This document shows, piece after piece, positions 27,875 through 37,212 of a stretch of 64,000 bases of DNA. The notes beneath the pieces were generated by a model, which was given only the letters and a program-made list of their open reading frames with translations, ran no database searches and was not told the DNA's origin. Each line of letters starts with the position of its first letter. The stretch's first letter is position 1. The stretch comes from a virus, in the IMG/VR virus record IMGVR_UViG_3300045988_119787, positions 1 through 64,000 of that record; one strand, written 5' to 3'. The position numbers and the translations under genes were made by a program.

Positions 27875-28219
27875 TTAAACAATACCCGTCATAAGTTGAA
27901 GGGTGTTAGTGTCTCTCTCAAACCAGAGCTGAACAACTCCAGTTCCCGGCACGTCTGCAACCGTCAAAGCATCACCATTGAATTTGGTTACGGCTTGGGT
28001 TACTCCGTTGGTCTCGAAAAGGATAGGCAGCGTACCGGTCGTTCCAGTCGGAATAGCCTGACGCAGATTTACGAAAATCGTTCCTCTGTAGCTGGCATTC
28101 ACGAAGGCGTGGTTTTTAAAGGTGAACACCACATTGGCAGTATTCACCGCCACGCCTGTAGAAGCGATAGCCGCCGAACCGTTACGATTCACCCATGTAT
28201 AAGGTCTTAACCATAACAT
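27875..28219 (-). CDS. hypothetical small beta-rich protein (114 aa)
   Basis: ORF track. Confidence 0.55.
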   Translation of the reverse strand: MLWLRPYTWVNRNGSAAIASTGVAVNTANVVFTFKNHAFVNASYRGTIFVNLRQAIPTGTTGTLPILFETNGVTQAVTKFNGDALTVADVPGTGVVQLWFERDTNTLQLMTGIV

Positions 28220-28234
28220 AGCAGCCTCCTTTCT

Positions 28235-29185
28235 TTAACCCCAGAATCCTGCATTGTTAGCAGCATTCAAACCATACAATCCTGCCTGATAAGCCACGCA
28301 GTTAGGAACCGCAGTAAATGGGCTATAAGGAGTAGTTACTGTCTCCGGCAGCTTACATTTGATGCCAGCTACCTCGTTCTGCAATCCTGCCAATACAGCA
28401 TTAATAGGTGCTACCGCCTGACCAACAATCTGTGAAGTCATAGCAGAAGACTTGAAGGTGCTGTTCTCCTCACGCAGAGAATCAATCTTGTTCTGCATCT
28501 CACGCATCTCAGCCTGCTTCTGACCGTCAACGATGGTCTGAGTGCTTTCCTTGATAGCGTTATGCAAATCGCAAGTCTGGCGCTGGGTTTCGTAAGCTAC
28601 GTTAGAGAAGCCACGCTCCTGACCTACAGCCACGTTGTTGATGGCATTCTGTAAGGTACCAGTCTGCTGGCAGATAGCCAAGCGGTTCTCGCAGCAGCAG
28701 TTTGCAATCTGCTGAGCAATCTGCATGTTACCCTGCTGTAAAGCATTGATGGTCTGCATACCACTCATACCTACCTGATTACCTACACTCTGGACCTGAG
28801 AAGTCAAGGCAGAAATGGCATTCTGAATCTGACCTTCGGTACAGTTAAGCTGAGTTGCGAGATTACTGAGAGCGTTACGATTACCGCCGATGGCATCCAT
28901 CAAGAGGCTACGACCGTAGTCATTGTTAATCTCGTTAGCGATACCGCCACGACCGTTACCGCCGAAGCCACCCCAGCCATTGCCGCCCCAACCCATAAGG
29001 AAGAAGAGGAAGATAACCCACATGAACCAACCACCTTCACCGCACATTCCATTGTTACCCTTCATGGCGAGAAGCACATTTGGATCTACACCCTGCTTCT
29101 GGAGCAGAGGAGCAAGAAGTCCAAGCATTCCGTTTGAACCTCCGTTTTGGTTTTCACCAAAGATGTATGTCTTAGATTCTGACAT
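28235..29185 (-). CDS. Gly/Trp-rich membrane-segment protein with a Q/N-rich coiled-coil and a CCC motif (316 aa)
   Basis: GGWFMWVIFLFFLMGWGGNGWGGFGGNGRGG, followed by a long Q/N/A heptad-like region. First gene after the promoter at 29228. Confidence 0.6.
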   Translation of the reverse strand: MSESKTYIFGENQNGGSNGMLGLLAPLLQKQGVDPNVLLAMKGNNGMCGEGGWFMWVIFLFFLMGWGGNGWGGFGGNGRGGIANEINNDYGRSLLMDAIGGNRNALSNLATQLNCTEGQIQNAISALTSQVQSVGNQVGMSGMQTINALQQGNMQIAQQIANCCCENRLAICQQTGTLQNAINNVAVGQERGFSNVAYETQRQTCDLHNAIKESTQTIVDGQKQAEMREMQNKIDSLREENSTFKSSAMTSQIVGQAVAPINAVLAGLQNEVAGIKCKLPETVTTPYSPFTAVPNCVAYQAGLYGLNAANNAGFWG

Positions 29186-29227
29186 AATAAAATAGATTAT
29201 TCGTTTCGTCCACTATTGAACTTGGTG

Positions 29228-29235
29228 CAAAGTTA
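29228..29235 (-). promoter_or_regulatory. -7 promoter box (TAACTTTG on the minus strand) for the 29185-26177 operon
   Basis: Plus-strand CAAAGTTA, 43 nt upstream of the ATG at 29185. Lacks the late-promoter element. Confidence 0.5.
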
Positions 29236-29402
29236 CGAAGGCCCAAGCGCTCTGCCTAACTATGCTCAAAATAAAGTTTTTAAGGGTTAGATGGTTGTTT
29301 TTCAGACGTTTATGATGAGTAAGATAATACTCACTTATTTAGATTCAACCTAAACTACGAAGAAAGTAAGCTTTAGACTGTACAACCTATTGGATTTTTT
29401 CG

Positions 29403-29410
29403 TACTTTTG
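29403..29410 (+). promoter_or_regulatory. -7 promoter box (TACTTTTG) for the moron cassette
   Basis: TAnnTTTG match 30 nt upstream of the ATG at 29440. Confidence 0.5.
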
Positions 29411-29439
29411 TAGGAAAATAACGTTTTAGTATATTATCA

Positions 29440-29979
29440 ATGAAGAAATTATTGTTTTTGTTTTATTTAGTATGTTTCCCTATTGCTATACTTGCACAAG
29501 ATTCAGTGTTAGGTATAAATTTCGGGAACAGTTATAGTTCCGTCAAGTCTTCCCTTGAAAATAGATATGGCACTTTGAGCGTGATGGAAGATAAAGGAAC
29601 GCTAAGAGTCTTCGATATTTCTGTTGGTGACTACACGTTTAATATGGGAGAATTTGATTTTCAGTATAGCGGAAGTGATTCATACTTTTATTATGCGGAA
29701 TTTCAAAAAAACTTTTCTGTAAATGCTTCTCAACAGGCTAAAGACTTTAGAGAAAACTTGCGGTTTACATTGAGCCGGAAATATACAGCAGGCTATATAT
29801 GGACAAACGAACAAGGTTACAAATGCTATAATTTTGCAGAACCGGGAACAGATCCAAAAGAAAATCCTGCATGTACTTTAATAGTGCAAAAATCTAAAAG
29901 TAAGGGTGGATCAACTTATATATATGTTACTCTCTATTATGGTCCACATTATTATATAAATGAGGCTAGCGATTTTTAA
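29440..29979 (+). CDS. Secreted protein (179 aa) with a cleavable signal peptide
   Basis: MKKLLFLFYLVCFPIAILAQ signal peptide. Confidence 0.65.
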   Translation: MKKLLFLFYLVCFPIAILAQDSVLGINFGNSYSSVKSSLENRYGTLSVMEDKGTLRVFDISVGDYTFNMGEFDFQYSGSDSYFYYAEFQKNFSVNASQQAKDFRENLRFTLSRKYTAGYIWTNEQGYKCYNFAEPGTDPKENPACTLIVQKSKSKGGSTYIYVTLYYGPHYYINEASDF

Positions 29980-29981
29980 TC

Positions 29982-30200
29982 ATGAAAACATTTATACTTT
30001 TTGCGATACTGTTCTGTTCTTCCGTAGGAAGTCAAGGCGTTTATGTTTGTACTGGTCCAACAGCTTATGCTTATCACAAAACCAAAGCCTGCAGAGGTCT
30101 TAGACGATGCTCGGGAGAAATTAAGAAAATTAGTTTAGAACAAGCTAAAAAGGAAAACCGAAAAGCTTGCAAATTATGTTATAAAAAGAAACAAATATGA
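29982..30200 (+). CDS. Small secreted Cys-rich protein (72 aa)
   Basis: Signal peptide MKTFILFAILFCSSVGSQG, then six Cys (CTGP...C..L..C...C..C). Confidence 0.55.
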   Translation: MKTFILFAILFCSSVGSQGVYVCTGPTAYAYHKTKACRGLRRCSGEIKKISLEQAKKENRKACKLCYKKKQI

Positions 30201-30475
30201 GATACTTACCATTAATATTTTGTATATTTCTCCTATCTTGTGGACCATCAAAGAAAGATATGCAAGAGGAGATAGAATCTAAAAACGATACAATTATGAT
30301 TCTAAGGAGAGAAATCAACAAGCAGTCTGAGTATATAGATGAATTGCAAGAAAAGTTAGACAATGCAAGATCTTATGCGGAAGACGTTCAGGCCGCACTA
30401 GATGATGGAAGTTTTAGTGATGCTTACGATGCTGCATCAGATGCAGAATCGGAAGCTGATTATAATGATTATTAA
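30197..30475 (+). CDS. Small lipoprotein (92 aa) with an acidic C-terminus
   Basis: Lipobox-like IFLLSCG. Start overlaps the previous stop (ATGA). Confidence 0.55.
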   Translation: MRYLPLIFCIFLLSCGPSKKDMQEEIESKNDTIMILRREINKQSEYIDELQEKLDNARSYAEDVQAALDDGSFSDAYDAASDAESEADYNDY

Positions 30476-30484
30476 TAGATAGTT

Positions 30485-30667
30485 ATGAAAACAGAAGAAT
30501 GGGTTATTCTCATAGTATTTGTGTTGGTCGCCATTGAAAGATGCGGTGGTATGAATAAAGATGGTTCCGATAGAGGCGATACTTGGTATGAAGATATAAG
30601 CCTGGGAGTGCCAAACAACACTCCCATTCTTCTTTATCTATATTCTGTTTACTATCCTATCCGTTAG
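30485..30667 (+). CDS. Small membrane protein (60 aa)
   Basis: TM helix WVILIVFVLVAI. Confidence 0.4.
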   Translation: MKTEEWVILIVFVLVAIERCGGMNKDGSDRGDTWYEDISLGVPNNTPILLYLYSVYYPIR

Positions 30668-31530
30668 TCACCAGTTTGCTCCACACCTCCAATATTTATT
30701 GAAGAATAATTGCATTCTGATTTCAACTTCTTGATTGCAGCCTTTGCTGCTTCACTAGGAGTATAGGCAGATGATGTCCAAATCACAATATTCTTGTTTG
30801 AATCCTTGTTGCCTGTAAGATTTGACATATCTACCAACATGTTATTAACACTATCATTGTTATCAATAAAAACTCCTGCGCCTATATCTAACATATTTCC
30901 TGACACTTTGGAATTTGGGGCCCATGATGTAATAGTTCCACTAATTGCTTTCAAACTATTAGGAAGTGATGAAGGATTGTCTATTACCGTTCCTAGATAT
31001 TTCTCCAGCTTAACCGTTTTCATCAAGATTTCATCTGGAAAAATAATCCAAGTAGTATCTACAACATCTTCCGGATGAGCAAGTTTATCAATAGTAAATA
31101 TTTCTTTACTTGCATTTCTAATCCTATATAAGTGAATATATTCGAAATCACTCGGACTTTTGTATGGAGTAATGAAAACACCATCATAGTTTGGAAAATA
31201 GTATTTTCCCTTAATGGTGATAGTTGTTACTCCAGTATTAGGGAACTTGACAGCGTAATCTGAAATAGTCTCATCTTGAATATCTGCAAATCTAAGTGTA
31301 GTGTACTTTTTACCATTCGTTTCAAAATTACGCTGAAAGTAAGCCCCATTATCCAAGGTTGCCTCGAAATCTCCTCCTATGCTTTTTACAAAAGCTATCA
31401 TTCTCATAGAAATATAGGAATACAAAGTTTCCTTGGATTCTTTTGACACAATGAATTTAAATTCATTCAGTTTCGGAAGATTATCATTATCTACCGAACC
31501 ATAAAGTTTTGATATTAAACACTTTACCAT
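30664..31530 (-). CDS. Hypothetical protein downstream of the tail fibre gene (288 aa), possible fibre-associated or receptor-binding protein
   Basis: ORF track. AT-rich like the adjacent fibre gene. Function inferred from position only. Confidence 0.45.
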   Translation of the reverse strand: MVKCLISKLYGSVDNDNLPKLNEFKFIVSKESKETLYSYISMRMIAFVKSIGGDFEATLDNGAYFQRNFETNGKKYTTLRFADIQDETISDYAVKFPNTGVTTITIKGKYYFPNYDGVFITPYKSPSDFEYIHLYRIRNASKEIFTIDKLAHPEDVVDTTWIIFPDEILMKTVKLEKYLGTVIDNPSSLPNSLKAISGTITSWAPNSKVSGNMLDIGAGVFIDNNDSVNNMLVDMSNLTGNKDSNKNIVIWTSSAYTPSEAAKAAIKKLKSECNYSSINIGGVEQTGD

Positions 31531-31548
31531 ATTATTTATTTTTTTTAA

Positions 31549-34500
31549 TTATGATAATGAATTAATTAAATTATCAACCAAAGGAAGTCGCTCCTCTAAC
31601 CATTTCTTTACACGATATATGCTATCATAATGTCCAAGATAGAATGGTCTTTCTGAATAGTATTTTGTTACAGGAGACACGTTGGTGCAATCCTTAATAA
31701 CCTTAAATGCAAGATGCTCGAATACTACATAACTACCAGCAGTATAAGTTGTATCTTTATTCCATACCTTCTGACCAGAAGCTGTGATTCCTGCATCAGT
31801 ATATGTACATGGGGTATAGTATTCTGTGTTTATGTTACTATCCCTATGACAAGGAGATTGCTTCCATCTATCATACTCCTGCTTAAAATCATCTGTTCCA
31901 ATTCTAGAACACCAATCAGTAAGAAGGTTAATGATGTTGTCAGCAGTAAGTATAGCCTTTCTGAGTTCAGAATATCTTTTCTTCAACTCTGTTGCAAAAT
32001 ACTTATATACCCAATATGTTCCACCATATCCCTTTTTGTTTCCCATCAAGCTGATTGGCTCCATAAAATTATCTTTTGGTGAGAAGCTGAAAGTGCCATC
32101 AAAGAAATCTCCAAACACACCATCTAGGTCATAAGGATATACACCAAATCTTACTCCATTCCAAGAACCAATTTGCCAATTCTTACCAAATCCATCATAG
32201 TTAGCTATAACGTTTGAGAAACAAAGATAATCAATAATGCCATCTACATCATATCTGTTATCAATTTCATTCTTTATATCATCTTTGGTCTTGCTGCCAG
32301 CTTCTATTTGTGCTTCTACTTCAGTAAGTTCTGTATCATATTTACTTAGGGCAATGATATACTTTTTTACTTGAAATGATAGTTCCATATTCTTATTGGA
32401 AGCATCATAACTTTCAGATGTATCATCTATAAGCTCCTGCACTTTGTTTTTGTCTGCATCATATTTACTACCATCCATACAGATAAGAGACTTAGGGTTT
32501 CTTATCTCAAATCCCTGCTCACTCATCGGATTCCATGCAGTACTTGGCAATGTACCATTTGCAGAAAATAGGTTTTGTCTAATAAAACCATCCAAGTGTA
32601 TATTCTCAGCTTTATTCTTTGACATTTTCATATTGTCACGATGTTTCTTTAATTGCCAAGAAAAAACACCTAAGAACTCTCCTTCGAAATAGACTATGCA
32701 AGGAAATCCATCAGGAAAAGTTCTTGCTTCATCACCAAAGTCATAAGCAATTTCTGCATTTTGATTTATGCCATAAGATGCAGATGTGGAATCTTTATAG
32801 TATCTCTTATAAGCCCTGTCATTATGCAATCCACGACTTTTTGATATTTCATCAAACAATTTATAGCAAACAACTCCTGCACCTCTAAAGGCATCAGTAT
32901 AATATGCCTTAAAATGAAAACTGTCTTGTGATACCCAATTACCGATTTTTACTTTGCAGGTATCATCACCAATCCATTCATCATTGCATATAACTACTGC
33001 AAAATTCTTCTTTGCCAAATAGAGTGAACTACTTCCTTGCGCATTGAGAATTACACGTTTCTTAAAGTATATGCCTTCTAATGTCCATACTTCTATCCAT
33101 GCATGTAGATTCTGGGTTTTAGATGTTGGCATGTTTGATACTCCTGAAATGTTAACTATAGCCTTTCTTGGTTGATTTGGGATTCTTATATGATCATCAT
33201 TGCTCATGTCACAAGCATTGATGTTATATCCTTTACTTTTCAAATATTTAATGAAATCATTTCCGTCTTCAACATGGAGGCTGGCAACACGCATTTTTTT
33301 CTCAACCTTTGTACCATCTTTTTCACGGAAACCAAGAATTTTATCATCAGAATCAGTTATCAATTCCATGCGTTCCTCTTGGTCTTCAAAGGATTTTTTT
33401 GAATTTGCTACATCTTCATTGATAAGTGTTTTACCTACCTCCTTATTAACCTTTGTATCAAACGTTTCTGATTTCAAGTCATACACATAATGGCTTCCAT
33501 CATTGTATGTAGCAGAAAGAATCCTTCCGTCTGCATCTTTCTCTACTGCAAGGTACTCAGGATTCTCCTGCAAAGAGAAAATATCAAGAAGTTCTTGTAG
33601 ATTGGTATCTATTGTACCTACCTTCTCCTGCAATGATGCAAGGTCTGATTGAAGCTGAGAGATAACTTTCTTCAAGGCATTGACTGCATGAATCTCACCA
33701 ATGACCTCTCCGTCTCTTCTAAGACCAAGTAATACTTTATCGTCAGTAGTAACCCAAGCAGCAAAGTATTCTTCGCTCTGAATGACGTGATACATTTCAT
33801 TAAGAGGATAATATGGCTTGCCAGTTGCTCTGTAGAAGCCAAACAGTACCTTATCATCTGAATCCACTATAGCTTTGAGAAATTCTTCATTCTCAATTAT
33901 TCTAAAGCACTCTTTTACTTCATCTTCAATGAGTGATTTGCCTTCTTCCTTGTCAACCTTTGTATCTTGAAGATTCTTGATGTCCTCTCCAAACTTAGTA
34001 TTGAGACTATTGAGGTTTGCAAGAATGCTTGTAAGGGTCTGCGTATTCTCAATCTCAGCAAAGAACTTCTTCAACTCATTCATGGTATCAATGACATTTG
34101 TTGTGTCCTCATCACCCATGATGGTTGCTACTCTCTCTGCAAGAAGAGTTACTTGTGACTGCAATCTGTCCTCTACAGCACTTGTCTTACCAAATACTGG
34201 AGTGGCATCCCATTGGATACCAAAGAGAAGCTTGTCCTCTGCGTCCACCTTGGCAAAGATGAACTCTTCATTCTGAATGTAGCGGAAAGGAGTTTCTACT
34301 ACAGTTCCTTCCTCATCCTTGATAGCTACTTTATCTACTACTTCCTGCATTGTGCCAAGAGTCTGCTCTGTCTGCTCTCTAGAATCATCAGCCTTCTGGG
34401 CTGCTTCATTGGCTTTTAATGTAGCTTCTTCTGCCTTGGTTGTGGCAGCTTTAGCTTGCTCTGTAGCCTGAGCAGATGCTGTTGTTGCATTGGTTGCTAA

Positions 34501-34821
34501 CTGGGTAGCATTGTCAGCCGCTTCCTTTGCTGCTGTGGCTGCTGCTGTAGCTTGCTTTGCATTTTCTGTAGCTTGATCAGCTTTGGCGGTAGCTTCTTTT
34601 GCCTTCTCGGTTGCCTCATTTGATGCAGTTACAGAATTATTTATCTCTTGCCGGATAGACGGGGCAAGCTTTTGGGCTGTAACCGCACCGTCAGCCAACT
34701 TCTCGGAAGTAATATTGCCGTCACGAATCTTGTCTTTTGTAACAGATTGGTCATTATAATCATCTGTTTTCATCATTGGCACCATACCACCTATTTTTGT
34801 ATCTTGTCTAAATGTAGGCAT
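31549..34821 (-). CDS. Tail fibre protein (1,090 aa) with an Ala/Thr/Lys coiled coil, five ~30-aa repeats, a CotH-kinase-like domain and a CBM5/12-like C-terminal module
   Basis: The N-terminal repeats DGNITSEKLADGAVTAQKLA are typical of phage fibres. CotH-like strings: QGSSSLYLAKKNF, FPCIVYFEGEFLGVFSWQLKK, ANYDGFGKNWQIGSWNGVRFGVYPYDLDGVFG. CBM-like string: VWNKDTTYTAGSYVVFEHLAFKV. Confidence 0.7.
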   Translation of the reverse strand: MPTFRQDTKIGGMVPMMKTDDYNDQSVTKDKIRDGNITSEKLADGAVTAQKLAPSIRQEINNSVTASNEATEKAKEATAKADQATENAKQATAAATAAKEAADNATQLATNATTASAQATEQAKAATTKAEEATLKANEAAQKADDSREQTEQTLGTMQEVVDKVAIKDEEGTVVETPFRYIQNEEFIFAKVDAEDKLLFGIQWDATPVFGKTSAVEDRLQSQVTLLAERVATIMGDEDTTNVIDTMNELKKFFAEIENTQTLTSILANLNSLNTKFGEDIKNLQDTKVDKEEGKSLIEDEVKECFRIIENEEFLKAIVDSDDKVLFGFYRATGKPYYPLNEMYHVIQSEEYFAAWVTTDDKVLLGLRRDGEVIGEIHAVNALKKVISQLQSDLASLQEKVGTIDTNLQELLDIFSLQENPEYLAVEKDADGRILSATYNDGSHYVYDLKSETFDTKVNKEVGKTLINEDVANSKKSFEDQEERMELITDSDDKILGFREKDGTKVEKKMRVASLHVEDGNDFIKYLKSKGYNINACDMSNDDHIRIPNQPRKAIVNISGVSNMPTSKTQNLHAWIEVWTLEGIYFKKRVILNAQGSSSLYLAKKNFAVVICNDEWIGDDTCKVKIGNWVSQDSFHFKAYYTDAFRGAGVVCYKLFDEISKSRGLHNDRAYKRYYKDSTSASYGINQNAEIAYDFGDEARTFPDGFPCIVYFEGEFLGVFSWQLKKHRDNMKMSKNKAENIHLDGFIRQNLFSANGTLPSTAWNPMSEQGFEIRNPKSLICMDGSKYDADKNKVQELIDDTSESYDASNKNMELSFQVKKYIIALSKYDTELTEVEAQIEAGSKTKDDIKNEIDNRYDVDGIIDYLCFSNVIANYDGFGKNWQIGSWNGVRFGVYPYDLDGVFGDFFDGTFSFSPKDNFMEPISLMGNKKGYGGTYWVYKYFATELKKRYSELRKAILTADNIINLLTDWCSRIGTDDFKQEYDRWKQSPCHRDSNINTEYYTPCTYTDAGITASGQKVWNKDTTYTAGSYVVFEHLAFKVIKDCTNVSPVTKYYSERPFYLGHYDSIYRVKKWLEERLPLVDNLINSLS

Positions 34822-35110
34822 ATTTTATTTCTTTTGGTTCTGATGAAGTGAATATCTGAATTTTAACATTCTCCGGGATAATTCTCATCCTGAGATAGAA
34901 CTTATCCATGTTTTTGTGCGCTCGGATGGGTGCTCTTGGCTTTTTGCCATCGCCAATATCCTGACGAATGATAAGCTTGCCAGGGCTTTTGAGCTTAATC
35001 ATCAAATAGATGTCTCGCTGCAAGGGAATATCCTTTGTTATCCACGCACGTTCCTCTTCGCTATATGTTGAAACTACGTATTCCATTGCTTTGTAAGATA
35101 TTTCGTCCAA
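34808..35110 (-). CDS. hypothetical protein (100 aa)
   Basis: ORF track; start/stop overlaps with neighbours on the same strand. Confidence 0.5.
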   Translation of the reverse strand: MDEISYKAMEYVVSTYSEEERAWITKDIPLQRDIYLMIKLKSPGKLIIRQDIGDGKKPRAPIRAHKNMDKFYLRMRIIPENVKIQIFTSSEPKEIKYAYI

Positions 35111-35451
35111 CTGTAATGAGGTCTGTTATAAGGATAGACGGGGTATTGCTGATACGCACGTGCTTCCTGCTCGAAAGAGATTGCCCGATACGCCTTGTGA
35201 GGGTTGCGGATAACCAAGAGACGAATGAGCCATTCCAATACATACCAGAGATAGAAGAAGACATATAACATTTCCTGCATCTGCTTGGTATGGATTTGTT
35301 CATGAACTACCGTTTGCTGCGAGAGGGTTTTGTTTCCTCTGACAAACAACACTCCAAAGAGGTTTATTGCAATGAATCCCTTTGGAGGGATAAGGTTATT
35401 TCTAATTATCTTCATATCCTTATTATTTAATAATCCAGAAAGTTTGTCCAT
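35074..35451 (-). CDS. Small HExxH protein (125 aa) with a hydrophobic helix, putative zincin-like metallopeptidase
   Basis: VHEQIHTKQ, followed by LYVFFYLWYVLEWLIRLLV and FEQEARAY (ImmA/IrrE-like spacing). Confidence 0.45.
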   Translation of the reverse strand: MDKLSGLLNNKDMKIIRNNLIPPKGFIAINLFGVLFVRGNKTLSQQTVVHEQIHTKQMQEMLYVFFYLWYVLEWLIRLLVIRNPHKAYRAISFEQEARAYQQYPVYPYNRPHYSWTKYLTKQWNT

Positions 35452-37207
35452 TGTTATAGAATCCTACTATGTCGTATGCACCATAGTCCAATTCCTTCTT
35501 TCCCGATTTCGGAAGTTCCGTCTTTTCGGAAGCCAACTGCAGAAACACATTTGTGCTTATGCATTGCAAGATAGGGGCAGGGCTGCTTCTGGTAATCAAC
35601 GGTGCGTACAGTTTGAGATTCACGTAACCGTCTTCTGCCGTCAATGCCGGCATCGAGTAGGTTCCGCCACCCAACAACAAGGATCCACTGAGAATGTTGT
35701 CGTGGGAAGAAGAGATTTTGAGGCGAACAGTCTTGGCACGAATATCGCCAGCTACTTTCAGATTGCCCGAACTGTCCAATTTCAAGTTCTCGGAATCAAT
35801 CTCAATCTGTCCGGAAGCGAATTTCATCGTCTTACCTTTCAGATTAATCTGGTCTGCTGAGACTACGGCACTGGAAATGCCATCCTGAACCATGGTACGT
35901 ATCGTTGCCTCGGAAACAACCTTCCCATCAACATACTCTCTTGATGCAAGCGTTGCCTTATCTGCAGTAGTCATAAGACCCGACTTATTCTTTAGCGAAC
36001 CGTCCTCGTTAAATCTGCTGTTTGCAATCTCAATACTATTAGCGTTCTGTGAAATTTTAGAACTCAGCTTTTCGAAGTTTCCATCAGCATCTTTCTTGTT
36101 TGCCTCAATGGTAGAAGAAAGAGAGCTGGAAGTGGCTTCAAGCTTGTTGGTTATATTCTCAATAGAACCGTCTGCGTCCTGTTTGTTTGAGGATATTGTT
36201 GCCGACAAGCCTCTTGCTGTCTGCTGAAACTCGGAATAGTACTTTTCAAGCTTCACGCCCTGCTCGTCAAGTGAATTGCTCAATTCCGTGAACGTCTGCT
36301 TGAACATCTTCTGATTGCTCACCAAGGTAGTATAGAAAGTCCGCGTATTCACGAATACACGAACAATCGTAGAGTATACCAAATCACTTCCACCGATTTT
36401 GCAATCTACAGCAACCTGTGCCTGCGTGACAGGAACCTTGATGGAATTGCCATCCAAATCTGTAGTATGGACCGTTTGAAGGTCGCTTCCCCTGAGATAG
36501 AATGATTTTCCATCAGATTCAGCTGACAAACCGTTGGTAAAATTGGTAGTGCTTAGACCGACAATCGTAACATCATCAATCTCCTGACCGCCAAGATAGG
36601 CTTTCATTCGAATCAACTTATCTTGACTGGAAGAAATATTTCCCTTAGAATCGGTATTGAATGTAACAGAAGCCGGATCGGCTGAGATTCCGTAACCACT
36701 CATACCATCATCACCGTTTGAGCCAGAAGGAATACCGAAGTCAAGAACTGCAGCATTTGATGTTCCAGAATTGCGAACATAGGCAGCGGCTCCTGAATGC
36801 AGCGTTTTCACGTCACCAATCTCAATGGTAGCAGCCCTACCGATGGTGGAAGAATCACGGTCGGTATTGAGAGTTACCACTTCAAGGGCAACATTAGGGT
36901 TGTCTGTACCCTGCTCTTCCTCGCTATGAGGGACCAGCTCGAAAGCTTCGGTCTTGTCAATTGTGCTCAGATTGCCGTTAGTTGTATCACGGCACACCAA
37001 GGTATAGACTCCACAATACTTCTGCTGAGAACCAGAAAACTCGAAAGAAATAATATTCCCCTTGATGGTGAAATCTGGGATGGTTATCACCTTATTATAT
37101 ACGACAAGCTGCACTTGCAAGGTCTTTGCTTCAAGTGATTCCTGCTTGCCGTTGGTAGTGATTCCCCAACTAACATGAATGTCATTATGTAATCGAATCT
37201 TCTTCAT
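35423..37207 (-). CDS. Tail fibre/spike-like structural protein (594 aa)
   Basis: Beta-rich N-terminus. Repeated I(S/E)xNK(Q/K)DADG(S/N)(I/F)E coiled segments. Sits in the tail module. Confidence 0.5.
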   Translation of the reverse strand: MKKIRLHNDIHVSWGITTNGKQESLEAKTLQVQLVVYNKVITIPDFTIKGNIISFEFSGSQQKYCGVYTLVCRDTTNGNLSTIDKTEAFELVPHSEEEQGTDNPNVALEVVTLNTDRDSSTIGRAATIEIGDVKTLHSGAAAYVRNSGTSNAAVLDFGIPSGSNGDDGMSGYGISADPASVTFNTDSKGNISSSQDKLIRMKAYLGGQEIDDVTIVGLSTTNFTNGLSAESDGKSFYLRGSDLQTVHTTDLDGNSIKVPVTQAQVAVDCKIGGSDLVYSTIVRVFVNTRTFYTTLVSNQKMFKQTFTELSNSLDEQGVKLEKYYSEFQQTARGLSATISSNKQDADGSIENITNKLEATSSSLSSTIEANKKDADGNFEKLSSKISQNANSIEIANSRFNEDGSLKNKSGLMTTADKATLASREYVDGKVVSEATIRTMVQDGISSAVVSADQINLKGKTMKFASGQIEIDSENLKLDSSGNLKVAGDIRAKTVRLKISSSHDNILSGSLLLGGGTYSMPALTAEDGYVNLKLYAPLITRSSPAPILQCISTNVFLQLASEKTELPKSGKKELDYGAYDIVGFYNNGQTFWIIK

Positions 37208-37212
37208 ATATT

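Noticed and set aside
4006-29979. Possible paralogy between the repressor-linked membrane protein (4006-4569) and the first moron protein (29440-29979), based on a shared G-I-x-F-G start of the exported domain
   Set aside because: By eye the similarity is limited to a few residues, which is not enough to claim homology without an alignment statistic.
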